A DNA stretch of 32,000 nucleotides, taken from contig NZ_LN831039.1 in the NCBI RefSeq assembly GCF_001457595.1, positions 1,890,001-1,922,000 of the forward strand, given 5' to 3'. Shown here one piece after another: positions 7,450 through 16,245 of this stretch (positions within the stretch are counted from its first letter, which is position 1; the number at the start of each line of letters is the position of its first letter). The position numbers and the translations under genes were made by a program. The notes under the pieces were generated by a model. It searched no databases. It was not told where the DNA came from and was given only the letters and a program-made list of their open reading frames with translations. The DNA is from Mycolicibacterium smegmatis (GTDB lineage: Bacteria > Actinomycetota > Actinomycetes > Mycobacteriales > Mycobacteriaceae).

Positions 7450-8610
7450 ATGAGTACACCCACCTACACCCTGACCCCTGACCAGGCCGAGGAGTTCGGG
7501 CGCGAACTCGACGCCATCCGTGAGCGCGTGATCGCCGACCTCGGCGAGCGCGACGCCACCTACATCCGCAACGTCATCAAGGCCCAGCGCACGCTGGAGG
7601 TAGGCGGCCGGGCGCTGCTGTTCGGCGGCATCTTCCCGCCGTTCTGGCTGGCCGGCACCGCGATGCTGGCGGTGTCCAAGATCCTGGACAACATGGAGAT
7701 CGGGCACAACGTCATGCACGGCCAGTACGACTGGATGGGTGATCCCGCGCTGTCCAGCAAGACATTCGAGTGGGACACCGCGTGCCCGGCGGATCAGTGG
7801 CGGCACTCCCACAACTACATGCACCACACCTACACCAACATCGTCGACATGGACCGTGACATCGGATACGGCATCCTGCGGATGAGCCCCGATCAGAAGT
7901 GGAGCCCGTACTACCTGGGCAATCCGGTCTACGCGTTCCTGCTGATGGTGCTGTTCCAGTACGGTGTCGCGCTCCACGAGCTGGAGACCGAACGCATCCG
8001 CGCCGGCGAGATCAGCATTGCCGACAAGCGCGAGGTGCTGCGTGAGATCTGGCATAAGACCAAGGCGCAGACCGTCAAGGACTATGTGGCGTTCCCACTG
8101 CTGGCGGGTCCGTTCGCGCCGCTGGTGTTCGCGGGCAACCTGACCGCCAACCTCACGCGCAACGTGTGGGCGTTCATGATCATCTTCTGCGGGCATTTCC
8201 CCGAAGGCACCCAGGAGTTCTCGCGCGAGCAGGCCGAGAACGAGTCTCGCGGCATGTGGTACTTCCGGCAGCTGCTCGGTTCGGCGAACCTCACGGGTGG
8301 CAAGTGGTTCCACATTCTCAGCGGCAACCTGTCGTTCCAGATCGAGCACCACCTGTTCCCGGACATCCCTGCGCACCGCCACGCCGAGATCTCGGCAGAG
8401 GTCCGTGAGATCTGCGAACGTTACGGCCTGCCCTACAACAGCGGCCCGCTGGTCAAGCAGTTCGGCACCGTGGTCCGTAAGATCGTGCGGCTGGCGTTCC
8501 CGTGGGGCAGCAAGCCCGAGAACCCTGAACCGGCTGGGAAACCGGCTGAGACGCCGGCCGAGCCGGTGTCCGATACCGAGCCGGAAGCCGAACTGGCACT
8601 GGCACACTGA
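7450..8610 (+). CDS. desA3: Membrane fatty acyl (stearoyl-CoA-type) desaturase, DesA3-like
   Basis: Three His boxes are present: HNVMH, HSHNYMHH and QIEHHLFP. There are hydrophobic segments. ATG 7450 follows AGGA (7442-7445). GTG 7438 is an alternative that overlaps the upstream stop. Confidence 0.9.
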   Translation: MSTPTYTLTPDQAEEFGRELDAIRERVIADLGERDATYIRNVIKAQRTLEVGGRALLFGGIFPPFWLAGTAMLAVSKILDNMEIGHNVMHGQYDWMGDPALSSKTFEWDTACPADQWRHSHNYMHHTYTNIVDMDRDIGYGILRMSPDQKWSPYYLGNPVYAFLLMVLFQYGVALHELETERIRAGEISIADKREVLREIWHKTKAQTVKDYVAFPLLAGPFAPLVFAGNLTANLTRNVWAFMIIFCGHFPEGTQEFSREQAENESRGMWYFRQLLGSANLTGGKWFHILSGNLSFQIEHHLFPDIPAHRHAEISAEVREICERYGLPYNSGPLVKQFGTVVRKIVRLAFPWGSKPENPEPAGKPAETPAEPVSDTEPEAELALAH

Positions 8611-8659
8611 CCCCACCACAAGTATCCGCTGCGCGACTGTGCGTCGCCAATGCCGACGG

Positions 8660-9577
8660 TCAGCGAAACAGGTACTGCACGAACAGATTCCATGGGTCGG
8701 TGTAGCGGTGGGTGATGTCGGCCGCGCCGGCCTCGCCCAGTAGCCGAACCCAACTGACGACGTCGAGTTCGTACACGTCACGTTCCTCGCGGGACCGGAA
8801 GGCGTAGTCGACCTGCTCGATGCACCAGTGGCGCAGGATCGCCTCCCATGCCTCGGTGAGCGCGGAATCCGTGGGCGCCGAGTCGATCGCGTGGGCCACC
8901 GCGCGTGCGGCCCGCCGCACGTAGACGTCGAGGAAATGATCGACGAGCGTTTCGTCACCGGGGGACAGGGCGATGTCGTTGTAGCAGTCGGCCTCGTTGA
9001 GGATCCCGATGCCGGATCGGGACCGCAACGCCGCGACAACCCGTCGCAGGATCTCCAGCTTGCCGTCACCGGTCATCCCGAACGCCTCGCGCTGCGCGGC
9101 GTTCTCGCCGGCGTGGTGATGTAGTGTCAGGCTGCAGACGACGACGTCGGCCGGCGGCGCAGCGGCCGATGCCACGGGAGCCACCACGGAGTGGAAGTCC
9201 ACGTTCCCGGGAAGCCGCTGCCGCACGGCCTGGTGTGCGTCCGGGTTCGGATCGATGAGTGTGAACGTCCCCGAGGGAAGCGAATCGAGAAGTCCGTGCC
9301 ACAGGGCACCGTTGCCACCCCCGATCTCCACCACGTGCCAGTCGCTACGCCCGTGCAGTACCGCGCTGATCGCCTCGCGGTTGTGGCCGTATATCGCGTC
9401 GACGAACGGTAATTGCGTCCACGCGTTGTAGAGACTGTCAGGCCCGAACGTGGTGTTCCACGCCTCGGTGTCGATTCGTCGCAGACGCGCGCGCAGTTCG
9501 GTCAGCGCAGCGAACTGCTCCCCGCGGGGCAGGATGGTCAACCTGTCGAGCGTGGCGGTCCACGTGCGCGATGTCAT
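8660..9577 (-). CDS. Class I SAM-dependent methyltransferase
   Basis: Motif I reads VVEIGGGNGALW, followed by an acidic residue at the end of strand 2 (LIDPN). The substrate cannot be inferred. Confidence 0.7.
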   Translation of the reverse strand: MTSRTWTATLDRLTILPRGEQFAALTELRARLRRIDTEAWNTTFGPDSLYNAWTQLPFVDAIYGHNREAISAVLHGRSDWHVVEIGGGNGALWHGLLDSLPSGTFTLIDPNPDAHQAVRQRLPGNVDFHSVVAPVASAAAPPADVVVCSLTLHHHAGENAAQREAFGMTGDGKLEILRRVVAALRSRSGIGILNEADCYNDIALSPGDETLVDHFLDVYVRRAARAVAHAIDSAPTDSALTEAWEAILRHWCIEQVDYAFRSREERDVYELDVVSWVRLLGEAGAADITHRYTDPWNLFVQYLFR

Positions 9578-9651
9578 CGCGTCTTCTGACGCCGGACATG
9601 GCGCAAGTATTCGCGGTGCGGCGAAACTGTCCGAAGCGATCTCCCCGCAGC

Positions 9652-10266
9652 TCAGCGCAACAGGCTTGCCGAAGCCGTGTCACGGAGCCAGCGTTCGGCC
9701 TTCTCCGGTGACCAGCCGTTGTCGTCGAGCAGCGTGAAAAACCCGGTGTACCCGAAGAAGAACCACAGCACATCCACAGCATCTTTGACGGTGATCCCAG
9801 GTTTGAGTGCATTGAGTTCACAGAGTCGCGTTGCCACGATGTGCATTGCGGCCCGGTAACGCTCGGTCGCCACGTGAAGTCTCTCGGCCGCGGTGTCGTC
9901 CTGCTGCGCTGTCGTGAGCACTATCCGCATGACGTCACCCCAGTCACCACGCATGCGCCGTACCGCGGAGGAGGTGAGTTCCATTACCGCGTCGGCGGTC
10001 TCGGCAATGTTGATGGCGGCATACGCTTCGGCGACCTCGGGCGCCTGGGTCCACTCGTCGACCAATGTGTGCAGCAGTCCCTGCTTGCCTCCCGCAACGG
10101 CGTAAACCGTTGCGGGGGAGACGCGTGCGCGGGTCGCGATGTCGTCGACCTTGGTGCGTACATAACCACGTTGTGCGAACAGTTCACGTGCGGCGTCGAT
10201 GATTGCTCGCCGTGTCAGTTCTGCGTACTCGGCGCGGCGAGATGTCCCGCGCGGTTGTTCGCTCAT
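9652..10266 (-). CDS. TetR-family transcriptional regulator
   Basis: The translation reads MSEQPRGTSRRAEYAELTRRAIIDAARELFAQRGYVRTKVDDIATRARVSPATVYAVAGGK (HTH). ATG 10266 is chosen. The longer ORF to 10644 adds Ser/Cys-rich non-coding-like sequence. Confidence 0.85.
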   Translation of the reverse strand: MSEQPRGTSRRAEYAELTRRAIIDAARELFAQRGYVRTKVDDIATRARVSPATVYAVAGGKQGLLHTLVDEWTQAPEVAEAYAAINIAETADAVMELTSSAVRRMRGDWGDVMRIVLTTAQQDDTAAERLHVATERYRAAMHIVATRLCELNALKPGITVKDAVDVLWFFFGYTGFFTLLDDNGWSPEKAERWLRDTASASLLR

Positions 10267-10325
10267 GCCGTCAGCGTAACGAGCAGGGTGGCCAACTCCG
10301 GACAATGGGTGCAAACTGGAATCAT

Positions 10326-10340
10326 TAGAGTCTAGCTCTA
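10326..10340. promoter_or_regulatory. AT-rich inverted repeat TAGAG-tctag-CTCTA in the TetR/FAD-oxidase divergent region
   Basis: It is the only dyad in the 109-bp intergenic region and sits in the lowest-GC stretch. It is a candidate operator only. Confidence 0.25.
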
Positions 10341-10375
10341 GTGAGTACACCCTTCCTCCGATTCCGGGAGAGTCA

Positions 10376-11746
10376 ATGCTGCAAGTGCACCCCACGATGG
10401 TCGACGAGCTCGCGATGTCCATGCCTGAGCGCGTGCACCTCCCCGGCTCACCCGAGTACGGCGACGCCGTGGCCATCTGGAACGGCGCGGTGACGGAACG
10501 TCCTGCCGCCGTGGTGCGTCCCACGTCGTCCGGCGATGTGCAGAACGTCGTGCGGTTCGCGCACGAACAGCGGATCCCGGTCACCGTGCGGGCCGGCGGA
10601 CATGACTGGGGCGGCCGGGCACTCAACGAGGGTGGGCTGGTCATCGACCTGTCGTCGATGCGGAAGGTCTACGTCGATCCGGCCGCGCGCGAGGCGCTCG
10701 TCGAGGGCGGCGCCACCGCCGAGGACGTCGTGCAGGCAGCTGAGCGGCACGGGCTCACCGCGGCCGCACCGAACCTCGCCGACGTCGGTTTCACCGGGTT
10801 CACCCTCGGCGGTGGCTACGGCCCGCTCAACGGGATCGCCGGCCTCGGTGTCGACAACCTGCTCGAGGCACACGTGGTTCTCGCCGACGGACGGTCGGTC
10901 ACCGCGAATGCCGGCGACGAGGCGGATCTGTTGTGGGCGCTGCGTGGCGGAGGCGCGAATTTCGGCGTGGTGACGCATCTTCGGGTGCGTCTGCACCCGG
11001 TTCCTCACCTGGCCACCGGCGTGCTCATGTTCCCGTGGGAGCAGGCGGCAGAGGTGATGCGCCGTTACGACGCACTGGCGCCGTCGCTGCCGGACGGCCT
11101 CACGGCGCAGATCGGGGTGATCCCCGCTCCCGACGGCGGGCCCGTGGTGTTCGTGGCGCCGTACTGGGTCGGCGACCCCGACGAGGGTGACCGATGGGTG
11201 GGGGAGTTGCGGCGACTCGGAACGCCGGTGGTCGATCAGGTCGCGCCGATGTCGCCGAGTGCCCAGCTACGCCTGCTCGATCCTCTCGTACCGCGCGGAC
11301 GGCACTACGAGATGCGCACGGTCAACGTCGAGACGCTGTCCTCAGGGGTGATCGATGCACTCGTGGCTGCCGGCTCGTCGCGTACGAGCCCCGCGAGTGT
11401 GCTGGCCCTGCACCACTTCCACGGTGCGTCGACGCGCATCGGCGTCACAGACACCGCATTCGGTCTGCGCACACCGCATTTCCTGGTGGAGATCGTCGCG
11501 GCCTGGGACGCCGATTCCGGCGAGGACGGCGAACGGCATCGGCACTGGGCGCAGTCGACTTTCGACGCGCTCGGCGCTCATGCGCTGCCGGGTGGCTACC
11601 CGAATCTCATCGGCCCGGACCAGCGGAACCAGGCTGACGCCGCCTACGGCCCCAACGCCGAGCGCCTCCTCGCCGTCAAGGACCGGTGGGACGCGGGGAA
11701 CGTCTTCACGGCCATTCCTCTTCCGTCGCGATCGGTCACGTCCTGA
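10376..11746 (+). CDS. FAD-binding oxidoreductase, VAO/PCMH fold with a BBE-like C-terminus
   Basis: The translation has PAAVVRPTSSGDVQNVVRFAHEQRIPVTVRAGGHDW ... LWALRGGGANFGVVT, then C-terminal YPNL...AYGPNAERLLAVKDRWDAGNVF. A GGGAGAG SD lies 4-5 nt before ATG 10376. Confidence 0.85.
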   Translation: MLQVHPTMVDELAMSMPERVHLPGSPEYGDAVAIWNGAVTERPAAVVRPTSSGDVQNVVRFAHEQRIPVTVRAGGHDWGGRALNEGGLVIDLSSMRKVYVDPAAREALVEGGATAEDVVQAAERHGLTAAAPNLADVGFTGFTLGGGYGPLNGIAGLGVDNLLEAHVVLADGRSVTANAGDEADLLWALRGGGANFGVVTHLRVRLHPVPHLATGVLMFPWEQAAEVMRRYDALAPSLPDGLTAQIGVIPAPDGGPVVFVAPYWVGDPDEGDRWVGELRRLGTPVVDQVAPMSPSAQLRLLDPLVPRGRHYEMRTVNVETLSSGVIDALVAAGSSRTSPASVLALHHFHGASTRIGVTDTAFGLRTPHFLVEIVAAWDADSGEDGERHRHWAQSTFDALGAHALPGGYPNLIGPDQRNQADAAYGPNAERLLAVKDRWDAGNVFTAIPLPSRSVTS

Positions 11747-11750
11747 CGCG

Positions 11751-11779
11751 AGCGGCTTCGGCCGACACCCCGAGCCGCT
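11751..11779 (+). terminator. Terminator-like hairpin after the FAD oxidase gene
   Basis: The sequence is agcggcttcgg-ccgacacc-ccgagccgct, a 10-bp stem with one bulge. It starts 5 nt after the stop. There is no U-tract, which is common in mycobacteria. Confidence 0.4.
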
Positions 11780-11859
11780 GAGCAACGGCGCCCACGGCTC
11801 GGTACATATCGAATGCCCGTAAAAGCACTCGGGCACAAGCGATCAAGGAGATTGCTTCG

Positions 11860-12474
11860 ATGTTTGCAACTTGCGGCGCCGGTGCCACGATCACCGGTCC
11901 GGACGCGCTCGCCGAGCGGTTCGTCCGTGAGACCGAACCCGTCCGGGACTTTTTGATCCGCAACGCCATCCGGCTGACACACCAACGTGCCGACGCCGAG
12001 GACCTCGTACAGGAAACCCTGCTCAAGGCGTACCTGTCCTTCGGCAGATACCGAGAGGGCAACCATCTCAAGGCCTGGCTGGCGCGGATCATGTCCAACG
12101 CGTGGATCGACAGGCACCGGTCGGCCCAACGGCGTCCGGCAGAACAACTCAGCGCCGAGATGGCCGACCTCAGGTTCAGCGCCGAGATGCTCTCTGCGGG
12201 TAGGGGCTGGGTGGATTCCGCGGAGACACAGGCCCTGCAGTCGATGCCGGGTGATGCGGGTATCGCGCTGGCGATGCTGCCGCCCGAGTTGCGCGACATC
12301 GTGTACTACGCCTGTGTCGCCGACTACCGGAACACCGAGATCGCGGTGCTGCTCGGCATCCCGGTGGGTACGGTGGGGTCACGGCTGCACCGCGGGAAAG
12401 CCCTGCTGCGCGAGGCCCTCTCACCTTCGACCGATACCGGCCAGGCGCCCGACGAGACAAGGATGGCAGGATGA
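11860..12474 (+). CDS. ECF-type RNA polymerase sigma factor, SigE-like
   Basis: Region 2 reads DAEDLVQETLLKAYLSF...HLKAWLARIMSNAWIDRHRSAQRRP. Region 4 reads IVYYACVADYRNTEIAVLLGIPVGTVGSRLHRGKALLREAL. An AAGGAG SD lies 10 nt upstream of ATG 11860. Confidence 0.85.
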   Translation: MFATCGAGATITGPDALAERFVRETEPVRDFLIRNAIRLTHQRADAEDLVQETLLKAYLSFGRYREGNHLKAWLARIMSNAWIDRHRSAQRRPAEQLSAEMADLRFSAEMLSAGRGWVDSAETQALQSMPGDAGIALAMLPPELRDIVYYACVADYRNTEIAVLLGIPVGTVGSRLHRGKALLREALSPSTDTGQAPDETRMAG

Positions 12475-12909
12475 CAGCACTTCCCGGCTGGGCCGCGGAC
12501 CTCGGCATGTCGCCGCACCCGGAAGGGGGCTGGTACGCCGAGACCTGGCGCAGCGACCTGACCATCCCACAGGACGCACTACCCGACGGCTACGCCGGCC
12601 CCGCGCAGCGCGGGCACGGCCATCCTGTTCCTGCTGATGCCGGGGCAGGAATCCGCGTGGCACACCGTCCGCAGCGCCGAACTGTGGCTGTACCACCGCG
12701 GCAGCCCACTGTTGCTCGAAGTGGGGGCCGAGATGGCCGATACCACAACACATCTGCTGGGTTCCGACATCGCCGCAGGACAGCGGCCGCAGGTATTGGT
12801 ACCGCCAGGACACTGGCAGCGCGCCCGTCCTCGCGACGACGAACCCACGCTGGTCAGTTGTGTCGTCGCACCCGGCTTCGACTTCACCGATTTCACGATG
12901 CACACGTGA
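12471..12909 (+). pseudogene. DUF985 (Cupin_5) family gene interrupted by a 1-nt frameshift
   Basis: The N-terminal part in frame 0 reads MTALPGWAADLGMSPHPEGGWYAETWRS...DGYAGP. The rest of the family signature is in the +1 frame: RSAGTAILFLLMPGQESAWHTVRSAELW...VAPGFDFTDFTM, ending at 12909. The switch maps to the C-run at 12599-12602. After that point frame 0 continues as Arg-rich nonsense to 12926. Confidence 0.7.
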
Positions 12910-12926
12910 CAGGGCATCGCGCCTGA

Positions 12927-13808
12927 CTACGAACCGAGTTCGGCCAGTTGGGGAACCGCCGGCGCCATCCCGTCGATCCAGGCCGCGGGGGATCCGGTGG
13001 TCGGTATGACAATCGCGGTGTGCACACCCAGTTTCGCGTAATCGGCCATGCTGCGGACGAATTCGTCACGCGTCTCGGGCGTCGGACGCGGATCGTTGTT
13101 GGCTATGATCGTCACCCGGATCTGGTCGAAGTCCCGGCCTACGGTGTCGCAGTGCCGTTTCAGGACGTCGATCTTGTGCCCGACCTCGTCGACCGACGAC
13201 GCGAAAAGGTTGCACGCGTCTCCGTATTGGGCCACCAATCGCAGTGTCTTGCGTTCACCGCTGCCGCCGATCATCACCTTGGGCCGGTTGATGGGCTGCG
13301 GTGAACACAGGGTTTCCGCCAACTGGTAGTACTTGCCGTCGTACGGCCCGTTGTCGGCCGGGTCCCACATCTGCGCGCAGATCTGCAGCGTCTCCTCCAA
13401 CCGCTCGAAGCGCTCGGCGAGCGGGGGGAACGGCACACCGAGTCCCACGTGTTCGCGCTCGAACCACGCCGCGCCGACGCCCAGAACCGCACGGCCACCC
13501 GAGAGTACGTCGAGCGTGGTGACGATCTTTGCCAGCAGGCCTGGGTGGCGGTAGGTGACACCGGTGACCAGGAGGCCCAACGGCACCGTCTCGGTATGCG
13601 CGGCGAGGTAACCCAGCGTGGTGTAGCCCTCGAGCATGTGTGCCTCGGCGGGCAGGCCCGTCGGCTCGATCTGGAAGAAATGGTCCATGAACGACAACCA
13701 GCTCGCACCGGCCGCCTCGGCGGACTCACCTACACGCGCGAGTTCACCGGCGATCGCGGTGGTGCCGCCGTCGATGTCGAAGATCGGAATGTGAAAACCA
13801 AGGTCCAT
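12927..13808 (-). CDS. LLM-class (luciferase-like) F420-dependent oxidoreductase, Rv1855c-like
   Basis: The translation has MDLGFHIPIF...SFMDHFFQI...LEGYTTLGYLAAHTETV.LG.LVTGVTYRHPGLLAK and GGSGERKTLRLVAQYGDACN, characteristic of this TIM-barrel family. Confidence 0.85.
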   Translation of the reverse strand: MDLGFHIPIFDIDGGTTAIAGELARVGESAEAAGASWLSFMDHFFQIEPTGLPAEAHMLEGYTTLGYLAAHTETVPLGLLVTGVTYRHPGLLAKIVTTLDVLSGGRAVLGVGAAWFEREHVGLGVPFPPLAERFERLEETLQICAQMWDPADNGPYDGKYYQLAETLCSPQPINRPKVMIGGSGERKTLRLVAQYGDACNLFASSVDEVGHKIDVLKRHCDTVGRDFDQIRVTIIANNDPRPTPETRDEFVRSMADYAKLGVHTAIVIPTTGSPAAWIDGMAPAVPQLAELGS

Positions 13809-13845
13809 GGGTCCTAGAACCGGTGTGGTCCACGTCGCATTCCCG

Positions 13846-14883
13846 TCAGATCGGCGGCACTGCCGGTGGGTCGATCAGGGATCGGTCGCCGTCGTAGCCG
13901 TTGAGCAGAGCGCCCGAGACGTCGTCGTGTGGGGCGCCCATCCGCAGCGCGCTCGCCTTGTCCAGACGCTGATAGTGGCGGATGTCCAGGTCGACAGGCC
14001 GCAGATACTCGGACAGGTGCTCCACGATGCGCGGTCCCAGGATCGGGATCAGCGCCGTCGAGGCCAGTGCGGCTCGGTAGCGCAGCCACTCCAGGGCGAC
14101 CCCGGCCGCGGTTTGTCCGGTCTCGTCGGCGATCGCGAGGACCTCGTCGATCACCGCGGTCTGCTGGGAGTCCTTCTCGACGGCGCGGCCTGCCGCACTG
14201 AGCCGACCGGTCTCGCCCCGGCGATATTTGCCGGTGAGGAGCCCACCGGCAAGGGGCGAGTAGAGCAGGACGCCGAGGCCGTATGCCTCGGCCATCGGGA
14301 GCAGTTCCCGGTCGGCGGAGCGCTCGGCCAGGCTGTACTCGGTCTCGATGCAGATCGGCCGGGGCATGCCCAGCAGGTCCGCGCGGGCGGCGGCGCCCGC
14401 GATGCGCCAGGCCGGGAAGTTGGAGAACCCGCCGTACCGGATCTTGCCGGACCGCACCAGGTCCTCGAATCCCGCCATGATCTCCTCGGCCGGGGTGATC
14501 TGGTCGGGAAAGTGGGGCATGAAAACGTCGACGTAGTCGGTGTTGAGGCGTCGCAGGCTCGCTTCCAGCGAGCGCATCATGGTTTTGCGGCCGTTGCCCG
14601 TGGTCCCGGGACGTGGTGTCCTCGCGTTCGGGTTCTCTCCCGAATACTTCGTCACCACGACGTAGTCGTCGCGGTCCCGGCCCATGAGGTCACCGAGAAG
14701 CGCCTCGGCGCGACCGTCTTGATAGACATTCGACGTGGCGAACGCGGTGCCGCCGGCCTCGACGAACGCCTCGAACACCGCCCGCGCGTCGTCATCGCCG
14801 CCGGGCGCGCCGAAACGCGCTGTTCGCAGGGCATACTCCGATACGCGCAATCCGGTGTGCCTGCCGAGTGTTCGGTATCGCAT
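13846..14883 (-). CDS. Aldo/keto reductase
   Basis: The translation reads MRYRTLGRHTGLRVSEYALRTARFG...FDTSNVY-like ATSNVYQDGRAEALLG...YVDVFMPHFPD. ATG 14883 is chosen over the extended ORF. Confidence 0.85.
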   Translation of the reverse strand: MRYRTLGRHTGLRVSEYALRTARFGAPGGDDDARAVFEAFVEAGGTAFATSNVYQDGRAEALLGDLMGRDRDDYVVVTKYSGENPNARTPRPGTTGNGRKTMMRSLEASLRRLNTDYVDVFMPHFPDQITPAEEIMAGFEDLVRSGKIRYGGFSNFPAWRIAGAAARADLLGMPRPICIETEYSLAERSADRELLPMAEAYGLGVLLYSPLAGGLLTGKYRRGETGRLSAAGRAVEKDSQQTAVIDEVLAIADETGQTAAGVALEWLRYRAALASTALIPILGPRIVEHLSEYLRPVDLDIRHYQRLDKASALRMGAPHDDVSGALLNGYDGDRSLIDPPAVPPI

Positions 14884-14965
14884 TGAGTGGAGAACGTCAG
14901 CGGGCGTGAAATCGTTCCGTCGCGGCGGGGGCAACGGTTCGGAGGATCGGGCATAAACTCCGGTT

Positions 14966-15718
14966 GTGACAATCGGTTTGATCTGCGCACTGCCGCAGGA
15001 ACTGGCCCATCTGCGCGACCTCATGGGCGACGTCGACGTTGTTCACCACGCGCACACGACTTTCGAGGCCGGGACGCTCGACGGGCGTGAGGTGGTGGTT
15101 GCCGGCACGGGCATGGGCAAGGTCAACGCCGCGCTCGTGACGACCCTGCTGATCCACGGTTTCGGTTGCCGCACAACCGTTTTCTCGGGTGTCGCGGGTG
15201 GCTTGGACCCGGATCTGAACGTCGGGGACGTCATCGTGGCCGAGCGGGTGGTCCAGCATGATGCGGGCCTGATCGAGAACGAACAGCTGCAGACCTACCA
15301 GGCCGGCCACGTCCCGTTCATCAATCCCACCGACCGCCTCGGCTATGACGTCGACCCGGCCTTGCTCGGCAAGGTCAGGGCTGCGCTTGAGGATCTTCAC
15401 CTGCCTGGGCTGTCGACGCGTGCGGGTGGGCAGGGCCGCCCGGCTCAGATCGCCTACGGCACAGTTCTTTCAGGTGACCAGTACCTGCATTCTGCGCCGA
15501 CCCGGGACCGGTTGCACGCCCAGTTCGGAGGCCGTGCCGTCGAGATGGAGGGCGGTGCGGTGGCCCAGGTCGCCGAGGCGTTCGGTGCGGATTGGCTGGT
15601 GATCCGGGCACTGTCGGATCTCGCCGGTGAGGATTCCCGGTTCGAGTTCGACCAGTTCGCCGGCGAGGTCGCCGCCGCATCCTGTGCGGTGCTGCGCACG
15701 TTGCTGCCCGTGCTCTGA
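14966..15718 (+). CDS. mtnN: 5'-methylthioadenosine/S-adenosylhomocysteine nucleosidase (PNP_UDP_1 family)
   Basis: The translation has IGLICALPQE...GMGKVNAALVTTLLI...SGVAGGL...VEMEGGAVAQVA...IRALSDLAGE. The start is GTG. Confidence 0.8.
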   Translation: MTIGLICALPQELAHLRDLMGDVDVVHHAHTTFEAGTLDGREVVVAGTGMGKVNAALVTTLLIHGFGCRTTVFSGVAGGLDPDLNVGDVIVAERVVQHDAGLIENEQLQTYQAGHVPFINPTDRLGYDVDPALLGKVRAALEDLHLPGLSTRAGGQGRPAQIAYGTVLSGDQYLHSAPTRDRLHAQFGGRAVEMEGGAVAQVAEAFGADWLVIRALSDLAGEDSRFEFDQFAGEVAAASCAVLRTLLPVL

Positions 15719-15798
15719 GCGTCCCGTCTGAATGCATCGCTGTCCACAGACGTTCCAAACCTGCAGAAGTTCGTGACCCCCGACACGAAAGGTCTTCT

Positions 15799-16230
15799 GT
15801 GAGAACCTCTGTGAAGTTACTGTCAACCTCGCTGCTCGCCATCCTCGCCGTGGGATCCCCGGCGATCGCGCACGCGACCCCGCCGAAGGGGGTGAGCGCC
15901 ACTGTGCTGTCCAAGCAGACGGTGGACGGCAAGGACTACATCGTCAGTGACATCACGATCCAGCCGGGTGGCAGCACCGGATGGCACACCCACGAGGGAC
16001 TGATCTACGGCATCGTCAAGACCGGTGTGCTCACGCATTACGGATCGGACTGCAAGCAGGACGGCGAATTCGGTCCCGGCACGCCCATCACCGATCCCAC
16101 CGGTGCCGATCACGTCCACATCGGACGCAACGAGGGCTCGGCGCCTCTGGTGCTCGAGGTCACCTACGTCGACCCGGCGGGCGCCCCGACGTCGGACAGC
16201 ACGCCCAGTCCGGGGTGCAACTTCGACTGA
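15799..16230 (+). CDS. Secreted cupin-domain protein
   Basis: A Sec signal peptide ends in AIAHA/TP. The cupin motif reads ITIQPGGSTGWHTHEG. A GAAAGG SD lies 7 nt before GTG 15799. Confidence 0.7.
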   Translation: MRTSVKLLSTSLLAILAVGSPAIAHATPPKGVSATVLSKQTVDGKDYIVSDITIQPGGSTGWHTHEGLIYGIVKTGVLTHYGSDCKQDGEFGPGTPITDPTGADHVHIGRNEGSAPLVLEVTYVDPAGAPTSDSTPSPGCNFD

Positions 16231-16245
16231 GCGGCGCCGCGCTCA
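16228..16245. terminator. Hairpin TGAGCG-gcgccg-CGCTCA that contains both convergent stop codons
   Basis: It has 6-bp arms and a 6-nt loop. TGA 16228-16230 (+) and the tca at 16243-16245 (minus-strand stop) are part of the arms. Confidence 0.35.

Noticed and set aside
6934-9069. 711-aa minus-strand ORF spanning the reductase, the desaturase and part of the methyltransferase region
   Set aside because: It crosses three independently well-supported genes and an intergenic gap. Its composition is Arg/Pro/Ser-rich. It is a shadow ORF.
12471-12926. The 151-aa ORF after the ECF sigma read as an anti-sigma factor
   Set aside because: Only its first roughly 44 residues look like real protein, and they match DUF985. 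The remainder is Arg-rich out-of-frame sequence. There is no HxxxCxxC motif and no TM helix.
13807-14886. 359-aa + ORF opposite the aldo/keto reductase
   Set aside because: It is a shadow ORF. The AKR reading frame carries the family motifs and the higher GC3.
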